Of a DNA stretch of 64,000 nt, positions 47,441-57,286 are shown piece after piece. The DNA is from Mycobacterium sp. (lineage in GTDB: Bacteria; Actinomycetota; Actinomycetes; Mycobacteriales; Mycobacteriaceae), in NCBI GenBank assembly GCA_036500645.1, contig DASYBR010000041.1, forward strand, positions 34,874-98,873. Reading direction: 5' to 3'. The notes beneath the pieces were generated by a model. That model ran no database searches, was not told where the DNA came from, and saw only the letters and a program-made list of their open reading frames with translations. Both the position numbers and the translations under genes were made by a program. Positions within the stretch are counted from its first letter, which is position 1, and each line of letters starts with the position of its first letter.

Positions 47441-49137
47441 TCGCGGGCCGCATCCCTCGCAGCGATGTAGCCGTACACCAACCCTTGCGCGATCGTCGCG
47501 CCCGCGCCCGGATACGTCGTGCCGAACGCATTGGCGGCGGTGTTGCCGATCGCGTACAGGCCGGCGATCGCGCCGCCGTCTTCGCGTAGCACCCGCCCCC
47601 GACCGTCGGCCTTCAGCCCGCCGCAGGTACCCAGGTCGCTGAGCACCATCTTGACGGCATAGAAGGCGCCCTTGACCAAGGGACGCAGGTTGGGGTTCGG
47701 CCGTATCGTGGGGTCGCCGTAATAACGGTCATAGGCGCTGCGGCCCCGCCCGAAGTCGGGATCGCAACCCGCAGCGGCATTTTGGTTGAAGCGGGTCATC
47801 GTTTCGAAGAACTCCGAGACCGGAACTTTCATTTGCGCGCCGAGCTCGGTCAGGTTGTCGGCCCGCACCGCGATTCCGGCGTCGTACCACGCCTTCGGGA
47901 TGCGCAGTCGCGGAAACAGTTCGGCGCCAAAGACATAGCTGTTGCGGTATTGCTGATCGAAGACGATCCACATGGCCTCGACCGGGCTACCCGACCGCTC
48001 CAGCTCGAGCAGCCGCTGCCCGAACGACATGTAATCTGTCGACTCGTTGGCAAACCGCTGCCCGTTCTGGTTCACGATCAGGCTGCCCGGAAGCGACCGT
48101 TCGGCGAGCATCACGGCGGGCGCCTTGCCGGGCAGCGGCGCGACGGCGGGGAACCACCACGCCTGATCCATCAGGTCGATGTCGGCGCCCAGTTCCTGGC
48201 CCGCGCGGATCCCGTCGCCCGTATTGGATACCGCACCGAGGCTCAGGTTGGCGCCCAACGACTCCGACTGGAACTTCCACCGCATGTCCATGCTGTGGTC
48301 GAACCCGCCGGTGGCCAGCACCACGCCGCGCCGCGCGGTGATCGTCACCTCGCGACCACCGTGGTCGACGATCGCGCCGGCCACGCGGTCGCCGTCGCAC
48401 GCCATCCGCACCAAGGCGGTGTCGGTCCACATCGGGATGCCGGCGCGCAGCACGCCCGCGAACAGCCCCGCCATCAAGCCCTGGCCGCCGGCGGCATAAC
48501 GCCGGCCGACCAGCAGGCCACCGACCCCTTGCGCGATGCGCTTGCCGAACGTCGGGACCCCCTTCCGGGGTATCCGGGCCACCAGATTCATCCAGCGGTA
48601 GTCGGCGCCCGTCGTCGGTATCGGCACCCTCGCTTCCATCACGCCGGGCTGCAGCCGGGTGCGGTATTCGCCGAGGACGGCGGTGTCGAACGGCCGGCAC
48701 TCGCAGGTGCGGCCCGCCGCGCTGCCGCCAGGTTCCTCGGGGTGGTAGTCGGAATAGTCGCGGGCCCAGAACAGCCGCAGCGGAGTCGTCCGGCGCAGCA
48801 TGTCGACCGTCGCGGACATGTGCGTCAGGAACTCTGCGGACCGCTGCCGGGGCGCCGAGCCCGCGACTACCGAGGCCAGGTAAGTAGCGGCGCGCTCTGC
48901 GGTGTCGCGCGCACCGGCTTCCCGCAGCACCGGGCTGGCGGGCAACCACAGTGCGCCGCCAGACCGTGCGGTCGAGCCGCCCACATACGACGACTTCTCC
49001 ACTACCAACACCGACAGCCCCAGTTCATGGGCGGCGAGCGCCGCCGCAAGGCCAGTTCCGGAGCCGACGACCAGCAGGTCGACGGTCGTGTCGGCCACCA
49101 GAAGTCCGGCGGGGATCGTCGTGCTCTGCGTGGTCAC
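47434..49137 (-). CDS. kstD: 3-ketosteroid delta1-dehydrogenase
   Basis: VVGSGTG, GGSTARSGGALW, YSDYHPE, LATGGF, DLGTCGGL, YPGAGATIAQG; divergent from kshA; GTG 49137 lies 7 nt after TACCGT. Confidence 0.9.
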   Translation of the reverse strand: MTTQSTTIPAGLLVADTTVDLLVVGSGTGLAAALAAHELGLSVLVVEKSSYVGGSTARSGGALWLPASPVLREAGARDTAERAATYLASVVAGSAPRQRSAEFLTHMSATVDMLRRTTPLRLFWARDYSDYHPEEPGGSAAGRTCECRPFDTAVLGEYRTRLQPGVMEARVPIPTTGADYRWMNLVARIPRKGVPTFGKRIAQGVGGLLVGRRYAAGGQGLMAGLFAGVLRAGIPMWTDTALVRMACDGDRVAGAIVDHGGREVTITARRGVVLATGGFDHSMDMRWKFQSESLGANLSLGAVSNTGDGIRAGQELGADIDLMDQAWWFPAVAPLPGKAPAVMLAERSLPGSLIVNQNGQRFANESTDYMSFGQRLLELERSGSPVEAMWIVFDQQYRNSYVFGAELFPRLRIPKAWYDAGIAVRADNLTELGAQMKVPVSEFFETMTRFNQNAAAGCDPDFGRGRSAYDRYYGDPTIRPNPNLRPLVKGAFYAVKMVLSDLGTCGGLKADGRGRVLREDGGAIAGLYAIGNTAANAFGTTYPGAGATIAQGLVYGYIAARDAAREN

Positions 49138-49179
49138 GTCCGAAACGGTAGGCCGCCGCGGCACGGCGCAGGAAGAGTC

Positions 49180-49195
49180 GTCCTGATCAGTGGAA
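49180..49195. promoter_or_regulatory. Steroid-cluster 16-bp motif, copy 2 (GTCCTGATCAGTGGAA)
   Basis: Centred between the kstD start (42 nt) and the kshA start (43 nt). Confidence 0.65.
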
Positions 49196-49238
49196 CAAGC
49201 CATCCCCATCGGCCGGCGTTGGGGAGTTAAATCGTGCC

Positions 49239-50384
49239 ATGACGTCGCAGACCGAAACCGACGAAGTTCGGCTCATTGAAGCGCAGGCCGCACCCACGCG
49301 GTTCGCCCGCGGCTGGCATTGTCTGGGCCTGATCAAAGATTTCGGAGACGGCAAGCCACACCCGATCACCGCCTTCGGTCACAAGCTCGTCGTCTTCCGC
49401 AGCGGAGACGGCAACGTCAACGTGCTCGACGGCTACTGCCGGCACATGGGCGGTGACCTCACCCAGGGCGAGGTCAAGGGCGACGAGATCGCGTGCCCGT
49501 TCCACGACTGGCGCTGGGGCGGCGATGGACGGTGCAAGAAGGTGCCGTACAGCAGGCGCACACCCAAACTGGCCCGCACGCAAGCCTGGACCACTCTGCA
49601 GCAGGACGGCATGTTGTTCGTGTGGAACGACCCCGAGCGCAAGCCGCCCCCGCCGGACGTCACCATCCCGCGCATCGAGGGTGCGACGAGCGATGACTGG
49701 ACCGACTGGCATTGGTACACCACCGTCGTGCACAGCAACTGCCGCGAAATCATTGACAACGTGGTGGATATGGCGCACTTCTACTACATCCATGGCGCAT
49801 TGCCGACCTACTTCAAGAACATCTTCGAGGGACACGTCGCGACGCAGTACATGAACGGCGAAGGCCGTCCCGATATGGGCGGCACCGAAGGCGCCCAGAT
49901 GCTCGGCAACACATCGGTGGCGTCGTACTACGGCCCGTCCTTCATGATCGACGATCTGACCTACCACTACGCGCAGGGCGACGCCAACACGATTCTGATC
50001 AACTGTCATTATCCGATCGACGCGAATTCGTTTGTGCTGCAATATGGCATCATCGTCAAGAAGTCGGATGCCCTGCCCGGCGGCGAGGCGATGCGGACCG
50101 CGATCAAACTCGGCGACTACGTCAAGCTCGGGTTCGAACAGGACGTCGAGATTTGGCGGCACAAGGCGCGCATCGACAACCCGCTGTTGGTCGAGGAGGA
50201 CGGGCCCGTCTATCAGCTGCGTCGTTGGTATCAGCAGTTCTACGTCGACGTCGCCGATGTGCAGCCAGATATGGTGGACCGCTTTGAGTTCGAGCTCGAC
50301 ACCACCCGGCCCTACGAGGCGTGGATGAGAGAGGTCGAAGCGAACATCGCGGCACAGGCGGCGGCTGCCGGATCAGCGCCATGA
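49239..50384 (+). CDS. kshA: 3-ketosteroid 9alpha-hydroxylase, Rieske oxygenase subunit
   Basis: RFARGWHC, Rieske CRH..CPFH, mononuclear Fe motif DNVVDMAHFYYIH, EEDGPVYQLRRWY. Confidence 0.95.
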   Translation: MTSQTETDEVRLIEAQAAPTRFARGWHCLGLIKDFGDGKPHPITAFGHKLVVFRSGDGNVNVLDGYCRHMGGDLTQGEVKGDEIACPFHDWRWGGDGRCKKVPYSRRTPKLARTQAWTTLQQDGMLFVWNDPERKPPPPDVTIPRIEGATSDDWTDWHWYTTVVHSNCREIIDNVVDMAHFYYIHGALPTYFKNIFEGHVATQYMNGEGRPDMGGTEGAQMLGNTSVASYYGPSFMIDDLTYHYAQGDANTILINCHYPIDANSFVLQYGIIVKKSDALPGGEAMRTAIKLGDYVKLGFEQDVEIWRHKARIDNPLLVEEDGPVYQLRRWYQQFYVDVADVQPDMVDRFEFELDTTRPYEAWMREVEANIAAQAAAAGSAP

Positions 50385-50683
50385 CACTCGATTCGCCCGT
50401 CCGGGAAGACAATCGATTCGACGCGATGCCCATGGTGCCGGTGTCATGCCGTCACTGTGGCGCTCGGGTGCTGGCGCGCAAGAGCACCTGGAACCAGACC
50501 AGTGTGCAATGGAACGCGGAGGCGACCGCGCGATGCGCCGAGCGCGCCGAGGCGCAGAAGATGTCGGCGCACGCCGACCGCGAGGTGTTCCTGGTGTGCT
50601 CGACGCTGAGCGAGTCGATCGTCGACGCCGTGCGGCGCGGCGATTTGTCCATCGTCGACGAGACGGCAAGCCTCAAGGCGTAG
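50381..50683 (+). CDS. Small Cys-containing protein coupled to kshA
   Basis: ATGA overlap with the kshA stop; CRHC..RKS..QTSVQW..C..C pattern. Confidence 0.8.
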   Translation: MTLDSPVREDNRFDAMPMVPVSCRHCGARVLARKSTWNQTSVQWNAEATARCAERAEAQKMSAHADREVFLVCSTLSESIVDAVRRGDLSIVDETASLKA

Positions 50684-50709
50684 CTCGGTGACCTTCGGGC
50701 GCGGGTGGC

Positions 50710-51036
50710 CTAGCTCCCCGCGGGGATTTCGTCCCGGTGCCGCGGGCAATACGCGTAGATGGCCTCGGCGACGAAGTAGCCGGTGTGGAACTCGGGCATG
50801 TGGCTGCTTTGCATCACGTCCTGCATGACGTCTGCGGCCGATTGACCGTTGTCCAGTCGCACGCAGACGAAGTGGGCGGCTTCAATCGCATGGGAAGCAG
50901 ATGCTTGGTCGGTGATGCCCTGTTCTCTCAGCGCTGCCAGGAATTTCTGGTCGGTATCATCGGCCCGAGCGATCGGCGCTGCCGCCAACAGGCCGATCGA
51001 CGCGATTCCGATGGCCATTAGCAGACGGGTAACCAT
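50710..51036 (-). CDS. Secreted DUF732-family protein
   Basis: Signal peptide ARA-D, DQKFLAALREQGI, AHFVC, AYCP; GGGAG SD. Confidence 0.88.
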   Translation of the reverse strand: MVTRLLMAIGIASIGLLAAAPIARADDTDQKFLAALREQGITDQASASHAIEAAHFVCVRLDNGQSAADVMQDVMQSSHMPEFHTGYFVAEAIYAYCPRHRDEIPAGS

Positions 51037-51470
51037 TACGGGTGCTCCCTGAAGTGAGATGTCGTGCCGACACCGAGTTGAACCGCCAGAACTGACGATT
51101 CGGCTTTTTGCATAATTCTGGCGGGCACAGCGACTTCGGTACTAGGCTGGGTAGCGGTTGTACATTGTTTGTTCACACCACGGCTACCTTTGACGGAAAT
51201 TCGTCCCCCGTTTCGCTGTTATTCCGTTGGGGCGCAACGTCGACCGGACCAGCGCGATGAGACGTTGTGACCATACGACGGCGACGGATATGCGTTATAT
51301 ATGTGCGGACACAACACATTCCCAGTTCGCCTTCAGGTCGTTACGATATCCGGGTGTGTGGAATGTGCACTACCGTTTTTACGTGGCCGACGCAATTCCC
51401 CACGGGTCGGCCTGGCTCGGTGACCGCTGTGCGCTTTCGAAAACAATAAAACTAAACTCAAGGAACTAAA

Positions 51471-52583
51471 TTGAAACTCAAGCGATTTAGTCCCGTGGCG
51501 TGCGCCCTGGCTGCCATCGCCCTGGTGTTGTCTGGGTGTGGCAGTGACAAACAGGCAAGTGCGCCAAGTTCATCGTCGGGTGCGCCACCGGCAAACGTGA
51601 GTTGCGGCGGAAAGAAAACACTGAAGGCCAGCGGGTCGACAGCCCAGGCCAACGCGATGACCCGGTTCGTGAAGGCGTTCGAGCAGGCCTGCTCGGGCCA
51701 GACCCTGAACTACACCGCCAATGGATCGGGCGCTGGGATCAGCGAATTCACCGGCAATCAAACCGATTTCGGCGGGTCGGATTCACCACTCATCCCACAG
51801 GAGTACGCGGCGGCCCAGCAGCGATGCGGCTCTCCGGCCTGGAACCTGCCGGTGGTGTTCGGTCCGATCGCGATCACCTACAACGTGCATGGCCTCTTGA
51901 CGTTGGCCCTGGACGGTCCGACCGCGGCAAAGATCTTCAACGGCGCAATCACGAGCTGGAACGATCCCGCGATCCAGGGGCTGAACAAGGGTGCCGCCCT
52001 GCCGTCCGAGCCGATTCACATCGTGTATCGCAGCGACCTGTCCGGAACCACGGACAACTTCCAGAAATACCTCGACACCGCTGGGGGCGATGCGTGGGGC
52101 AAGGGCGCCGGAAAAACGTTCAACGGCGGTGCCGGCGAAGGCGCCATGGGCAACGACGGGACCGCCGCGGCCGTCAAGCGCACCGAAGGCGCGATCACCT
52201 ACAACGAATGGTCGTTCGCGCAGGCGGACCAGCTGAGCATGGCGAAGATCATCACCTCGGCCGGTCCGGATCCCGTCGAGATCAGCACCAACTCGGTGGC
52301 CAAGACGATCGGTTCGGCCGGGATCATCAACCAGGGCAACGACCTTGTGCTCGACACGATCTCGTTCTACCGGCCCAGCCAGCCCGGCTCGTATCCGATC
52401 GTGCTGGCCACCTATGAGATCGTGTGCTCCAAATATTCCGACCCCCAGCTCGGGATGGCCGTGAAAGCGTTCCTGCAGAGCACGATCGGCACGGGCCAGA
52501 ATGGCTTGGCGGACAACGGATATATCCCGATTCCGGATGCGTTCAAGACGAGGTTGTCGGCCGCGGTCAACGCCGTTGCGTGA
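51471..52583 (+). CDS. pstS: Phosphate ABC transporter substrate-binding lipoprotein (PstS3-like)
   Basis: Lipobox [46 protein letters not shown]; TTG start after AAGGA. Confidence 0.95.
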   Translation: MKLKRFSPVACALAAIALVLSGCGSDKQASAPSSSSGAPPANVSCGGKKTLKASGSTAQANAMTRFVKAFEQACSGQTLNYTANGSGAGISEFTGNQTDFGGSDSPLIPQEYAAAQQRCGSPAWNLPVVFGPIAITYNVHGLLTLALDGPTAAKIFNGAITSWNDPAIQGLNKGAALPSEPIHIVYRSDLSGTTDNFQKYLDTAGGDAWGKGAGKTFNGGAGEGAMGNDGTAAAVKRTEGAITYNEWSFAQADQLSMAKIITSAGPDPVEISTNSVAKTIGSAGIINQGNDLVLDTISFYRPSQPGSYPIVLATYEIVCSKYSDPQLGMAVKAFLQSTIGTGQNGLADNGYIPIPDAFKTRLSAAVNAVA

Positions 52584-52599
52584 CCTCGTGCGCGTGGAT

Positions 52600-53436
52600 T
52601 CATGCGTACTGCAGCACCGGTCGCGGCGCGGGGCGTAAGGGACGCAACGGCCGCAATGGCTGCAGGGTCGGTGCGACGCGTCCCGGCCCTGCCTCGGCCT
52701 GGCGCCAGATCGCCATCGCGGTCATGCGCACCGGGGCGGTCAGTCGCTGATCGAACGTCAGACGACTCGTTGGACCGCACACCGACACCGCGGCGACCGC
52801 CTCGCCCGGGTTGCCGATAGGCGCGGCAACGCAACCGAATCCGAGCAGCGACTCCTCGCGCTCGAAAGCGACGCCGTGTGCTCGCACTTTGGCCAGTTCG
52901 ACTGCCAGCTGGGCGCTGCTCGAGATCGAGTACTTGGTCTTTTGGACCCGCAGATCCAGTGCGGCGTCCTGGTCGCAGTCGGCCAAAATCGCCTTACCGA
53001 CCGCCGTGCAGTGCGCGGGCTGGCGACCGCCGACGCGGGTGGGTACCGCGTCGCTCATCCGATCGCCGACCTTGTCCAGGTAGACGACGTCGGGGCCGTC
53101 CAGGATCGCGAGATGGGCGACGAGCCCCGTCGCACGATGCAGTTCCCCCAGCAGGGGACCTGCCGCCCGCACCAGCCGGTCCTGGTGCACCGCCAGCGAC
53201 CCCAACTCCACCAGGCGCATGCCGAGCTCGTAGTCACGACCGCTGCGGCGCAACCAGCGCAACTGCACCAGGCGCTCAAGCATCCGATGCGCCGACGAAC
53301 GCGGTAGGCCCGTGCGCCGGACGATCTGGGCCAGTGTCAGCCGCCCCGGGCCGTCGAATGCGTCGAGGACCAGTGAGATGCGGTCGATGACGGCAGTCGG
53401 GGTGGTGGGTTCGAGGGTCTTCACGGTTCCTGCCAT
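52600..53436 (-). CDS. IclR-family transcriptional regulator
   Basis: HTH GLPRSSAHRML, effector domain PAHCTAVGKAILA, CVAAPI, AAVSVCGP. Confidence 0.93.
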   Translation of the reverse strand: MAGTVKTLEPTTPTAVIDRISLVLDAFDGPGRLTLAQIVRRTGLPRSSAHRMLERLVQLRWLRRSGRDYELGMRLVELGSLAVHQDRLVRAAGPLLGELHRATGLVAHLAILDGPDVVYLDKVGDRMSDAVPTRVGGRQPAHCTAVGKAILADCDQDAALDLRVQKTKYSISSSAQLAVELAKVRAHGVAFEREESLLGFGCVAAPIGNPGEAVAAVSVCGPTSRLTFDQRLTAPVRMTAMAIWRQAEAGPGRVAPTLQPLRPLRPLRPAPRPVLQYA

Positions 53437-53469
53437 CGGGGCCTCTCAAGCTCAACGTGTCTGGCCGGC

Positions 53470-53488
53470 ATATTCCTATTAGGAATAT
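53470..53488. promoter_or_regulatory. AT-rich palindromic operator ATATTCCTA-T-TAGGAATAT upstream of iclR
   Basis: Perfect 9-bp inverted repeat 33 nt upstream of the iclR ATG. Confidence 0.65.
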
Positions 53489-53505
53489 CTGTTGTAGCAC
53501 ACCGG

Positions 53506-53521
53506 TGTGGCTGCTGTCACA
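53506..53521. promoter_or_regulatory. CRP-like site TGTGG-n6-TCACA
   Basis: One mismatch to TGTGA-n6-TCACA; intergenic, upstream of iclR. Confidence 0.5.
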
Positions 53522-53619
53522 CACTGCAGCAGAAATCCAGCATTGAGCGTGCGCCCGGGGCGCCATTGGAAGAGATCCGGCCGGGAGTTCACACTCACGG
53601 CCGCCGAACGAAAAGCGGC

Positions 53620-55089
53620 TTACTTGCCTTTGGCCGCAGACCGTCCCGCGCGACGGCCGTAGAAGCTGCCGTCGCCCAGCGAGACGCCGCTGGCGTAACC
53701 CCACGCGGCCAGCCCGGCCGTCGAACGGCCGGCGGCGAAGAGTCCGGGGATGGGCTCGCCGCTGACGTGCAACACCTCGGCATCCAACGTCGTGGCCAGT
53801 CCGCCCAGGGTGAAGCCGCCGGTGTTCTCGCGCAAATCGATTGCGCCGAGCGGAGATCCGATCGGCTTGAGCCATTCGGGCTTCTTGTGCAGCAAGGGAT
53901 CCTCGCCACGGGCCGCGCCGTCGTTGAAGGCGGCGACGGTCGCCTGTAGCGCACCGGGCGCCAGGCCCATCTCGCCTTCCAGCTCCGCGACGGTGTCAGC
54001 CACCCAGGTAGCCGGGCGCAGCATGAACTTGGGCGACCACGACGCCATCGCCTCTTCCTGCGCATCGCTGTCGATGATCAGGTAGGCGGTGTTGTCCTGT
54101 TGGTAGAGCGTCAGTTGCCCGATCCGGCCCGGGTACGTGTCCTCGGCGACATAGCGCTGACCGCGGCCATTGACCAGGATCCCGCGCACCAACTGCTGCG
54201 GGTCGATGAAGATGGCGACCTCGGTGGCGTCCATGTGGGCCAGATCCGCACCCAGCGCCTGCGCCATCCGGATCGCCTGCCCGTCATGCTGCTCGATCGA
54301 GGCCGCCGGGCGCCCGGCGATCCGGGGAGCGTAGCGCGCCACCATCGCGTCGTTGTAGGCGAAACTGCCCGTCGCCAGCACGACGCCGGTGCGCGCCCGG
54401 ATCGTCATCTCCGTGCCGTATTGCCGAGCGCGGATGCCGACCACCCGGCCGTCGGATTCCACCACCAGGCTTTGCACCCGCACGTCGTAGATCGCCCGCG
54501 CGCCTGCGGCCGTGGCCGTTTCGACGAGCGGCTTCATCAGCATGAAGCCCGCGCTCGCCTCGCCCTGCTTCTTGTTCTGCATCTGCGGCACGTGCCCCCG
54601 CGGGGCGGGATCCGCGATCGTGTTGAACGGGTACGAGTTCTCGCCGCCGCTGTACATCAGGCCCTGGTCGCCCATCGGCTCCCAGCCGGGCTCGGAAAAG
54701 AACTCGGCTTTGAACGGCACGCCGCAGCCGACCAGCCAGTCGAAATGGGCGACACTGCCGGCGCAGTAGTCGGCGATCCGGTTCTCGTCGGCCCCGGGTC
54801 CCATCGCCACGTTGAGGAACGCCGCCATGTTGTCAACGGAATCGGTGAAGCCACACGACTTTTGCAGCGGGGTGCCGCCGCCGAGATAGATGAACCCGCC
54901 GGCCATCGCGGCCGCACCGCCCCACGACCCGGTGCGTTCGACAACCAGGACGTCGACCCCGGAGCGGGCCGCCTCGACCGCGGCCGCGGCACCCGCGACT
55001 CCGTAACCGGCGATGACGACGTCGGCTTCGTGATCCCACGCGGTGACCGACGAGGCACGGATCGGTGTGACGTCAGTGTCGGGCGTCAT
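53620..55089 (-). CDS. FAD-binding dehydrogenase, probable 3-ketosteroid delta4-(5alpha)-dehydrogenase
   Basis: AGYGVAG, GGAAAMAGGFIYLGGG, FTLGGL, YASGVSLGDGSFYGRRAG; steroid cluster context. Confidence 0.8.
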   Translation of the reverse strand: MTPDTDVTPIRASSVTAWDHEADVVIAGYGVAGAAAAVEAARSGVDVLVVERTGSWGGAAAMAGGFIYLGGGTPLQKSCGFTDSVDNMAAFLNVAMGPGADENRIADYCAGSVAHFDWLVGCGVPFKAEFFSEPGWEPMGDQGLMYSGGENSYPFNTIADPAPRGHVPQMQNKKQGEASAGFMLMKPLVETATAAGARAIYDVRVQSLVVESDGRVVGIRARQYGTEMTIRARTGVVLATGSFAYNDAMVARYAPRIAGRPAASIEQHDGQAIRMAQALGADLAHMDATEVAIFIDPQQLVRGILVNGRGQRYVAEDTYPGRIGQLTLYQQDNTAYLIIDSDAQEEAMASWSPKFMLRPATWVADTVAELEGEMGLAPGALQATVAAFNDGAARGEDPLLHKKPEWLKPIGSPLGAIDLRENTGGFTLGGLATTLDAEVLHVSGEPIPGLFAAGRSTAGLAAWGYASGVSLGDGSFYGRRAGRSAAKGK

Positions 55090-55994
55090 AGCCGCATGGC
55101 GGCTGGCATCTCACCGACCCATTGGTGACCCCAGTAGCTGTCGGCGGTGATTTCGGATGCCGTGTAATAGGTTTCGTCGACCCGCATCCCGTCGGTGCCG
55201 AACTCGATGTCCCAGTCGCCGGGGGCCCGGACGTAGAAGGAGATCATCTTGTCGTTGGTGTGGCGGCCGAGCGTGGATGACAGCTGGAAGCCCTCGGCGT
55301 TGACGCGGTCCAGCGCCAGCCCCACCGCGTCGAGGGTGTCGACCTCGACCATGATGTGCACCAGCCGTGGGTCGCGCTGATGCGCGGCCGGGACGATCGC
55401 CAGGCTGTGGTGGCGTTCGTTGATCCCGAGGAAGCGAACCCGCACCGGACCGAACTCTTTCGGCAACGGCACCCGGAACGCGCCGCGGGATACGAAACCC
55501 AGGACCTCGGTGTAGAAGTCGAACAGCCCGCCCGGATCCATGGCGGGCACCACCACATGGCCCATGCCCTGATCGCCGGTGATGAATCTCGCCCCGAACG
55601 GGGTGACGACCGGGCTGTGGTCGAGCACCGCTCCGTGGAAAACCTCGACCGTGGTGCCGGCCGGATCCTCGAAGGCGATCACCTCTTCCACCCGGCGCGC
55701 CTCAGCCTCGTCGACGGACAGTTGCTTGAACGCCACGCCCGCACCGTCGAGGGCCGCCTTGACACGCTGCAGCCCCTGGTGGTCGCGCACCTCCCATCCG
55801 ACGGTAAGCACCCGATCCGTCTCACCGGGCACCACGATCAGCCGGGCCGCCCGCTCGTCCATCCGCAGATACAGCGCCGAGGAGTCCGGGCCCTTGCCTT
55901 CCGCGAAACCGAGGGCACCGAATGCGAACTGCCGCCAGCGGCCGATGTCCTTCGTCGAAATTGTGATGTAGCCAAGGCTTTTCAGGTCAGTCAT
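55086..55994 (-). CDS. hsaC: Extradiol ring-cleavage dioxygenase (HsaC/BphC type)
   Basis: LYLRMD, GMGHVV, NERHHSLA, HIMVEV, LGRHTNDKMISFY..EFG. Confidence 0.9.
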   Translation of the reverse strand: MTDLKSLGYITISTKDIGRWRQFAFGALGFAEGKGPDSSALYLRMDERAARLIVVPGETDRVLTVGWEVRDHQGLQRVKAALDGAGVAFKQLSVDEAEARRVEEVIAFEDPAGTTVEVFHGAVLDHSPVVTPFGARFITGDQGMGHVVVPAMDPGGLFDFYTEVLGFVSRGAFRVPLPKEFGPVRVRFLGINERHHSLAIVPAAHQRDPRLVHIMVEVDTLDAVGLALDRVNAEGFQLSSTLGRHTNDKMISFYVRAPGDWDIEFGTDGMRVDETYYTASEITADSYWGHQWVGEMPAAMRL

Positions 55995-56010
55995 CGCAGT
56001 GTTCTCCTGC

Positions 56011-57195
56011 TCAGATCAGAGCCCGCAGCGGACCCTCGGGCGGCTCGACACCAAGCGAACTGAGCGCCGCGGCATGGTAGGTGGTGCCGGGGACGTGGAT
56101 GGCGTGCATCTGGCCGACGTGCACGTCACGCCAGTACCGTTGCAACGGCTTGTCCATTCGCGCCGCATTACCGCCGGAACGCGCGAAGATGTCGTCGACC
56201 GCCGACACCGCGCGCCATACGGCACGGACCTGAGTGCGGCGGCCCGCCGCGCGGTCGGCGAACGACACCTCTTTGCCCGCGGCGACCATGTCGTAGATGC
56301 GGTCGGCGTTGGCCAGTAGCTCCTGGCGGGCGGCGTTGATGTCCGCCGCGGCCTCGCCGACGGCGTACATGACGTAGGGGTCGTCCTTGATCGCGGTTCC
56401 GGTGGCGCCGACGCGCGCTCGCTGATAGTCGAGGTGTGCGGCCAACGCGCCTTCGGCGATGCCGATGGTCGCCGCGGAGATGCCCAGCGGGAACATCGTC
56501 GACCATGGCATCAGATACAGCGGCTCGGTCATGCCCGCCTCGCGCTGGGCGGTGCCGTCCATCACCTTGGTCGCGTCCATGGTCCGGTAGGACGGAACGA
56601 ACGCGTCCTTGACGATCACGTCCTTCGAGCCGGTTCCTTTCAGCCCCACCACATTCCACGAGTCCTCGACGATCTCGTAATCCTTGCGCGGCAGGATCAT
56701 GTGCAGCATCTGCGGCGGCATCAACGGTATGCCATTCTCGTCACCGAGCATGGCGCCCAGGATGATCCAGTCGCAATGGTCGGTGCCCGAGCTGAACTGC
56801 CAACGCCCGTTGAAGATGTAGCCGCCGTCGACCGGCTTGGCCACGCCCTGCGGCGCATAAGGGGAGGCCATCCAGGTGTCGACGTCGTCGGCCCAGATCT
56901 CGGCGGCCACCTTGGGATCGGCGTAGGCCAATTGGTAGGGGTGCACGCCCACCACGCCGACGATCCAGCCGGCGGCCGGATCCAGCGCGGCGGTGGCCAT
57001 CGTCGTCTCGGCGAACTCGCGGGGGTGGACCTCGAAGCCCTGGTATTGCTTGGTCTGCAGCAGCCGGATCAGGCCGGCCGACTTCATCAGCTTGACCGTG
57101 TCGTCGGTGAGCCGGCCGATCCTCTCGGCTTCCTCGGCCTGGTCGCGCAACTGATCCGCCAGTGCCACTACTTGGTCGATTACGCGCTCGCTCAT
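56011..57195 (-). CDS. hsaA: Flavin-dependent monooxygenase, oxygenase subunit (HsaA type, acyl-CoA dehydrogenase fold)
   Basis: GVHP, ASPYAP, WQFSSGTDHC, GLKGTGS, LQRYWRDVH; upstream of hsaC. Confidence 0.88.
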   Translation of the reverse strand: MSERVIDQVVALADQLRDQAEEAERIGRLTDDTVKLMKSAGLIRLLQTKQYQGFEVHPREFAETTMATAALDPAAGWIVGVVGVHPYQLAYADPKVAAEIWADDVDTWMASPYAPQGVAKPVDGGYIFNGRWQFSSGTDHCDWIILGAMLGDENGIPLMPPQMLHMILPRKDYEIVEDSWNVVGLKGTGSKDVIVKDAFVPSYRTMDATKVMDGTAQREAGMTEPLYLMPWSTMFPLGISAATIGIAEGALAAHLDYQRARVGATGTAIKDDPYVMYAVGEAAADINAARQELLANADRIYDMVAAGKEVSFADRAAGRRTQVRAVWRAVSAVDDIFARSGGNAARMDKPLQRYWRDVHVGQMHAIHVPGTTYHAAALSSLGVEPPEGPLRALI

Positions 57196-57260
57196 GTTCT
57201 TGTCCTTACGTGTGTGGGCTTAGTAATGGTGTACCGCAGTCCGCGCCCGTCCCATAGGTA

Positions 57261-57276
57261 ATCCCGGTCAACGGAC
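57261..57276. promoter_or_regulatory. Steroid-cluster 16-bp motif, copy 3 (reverse strand GTCCGTTGACCGGGAT)
   Basis: 15/16 identical to copy 5; upstream of hsaA. Confidence 0.7.
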
Positions 57277-57286
57277 GCAATTGAGG

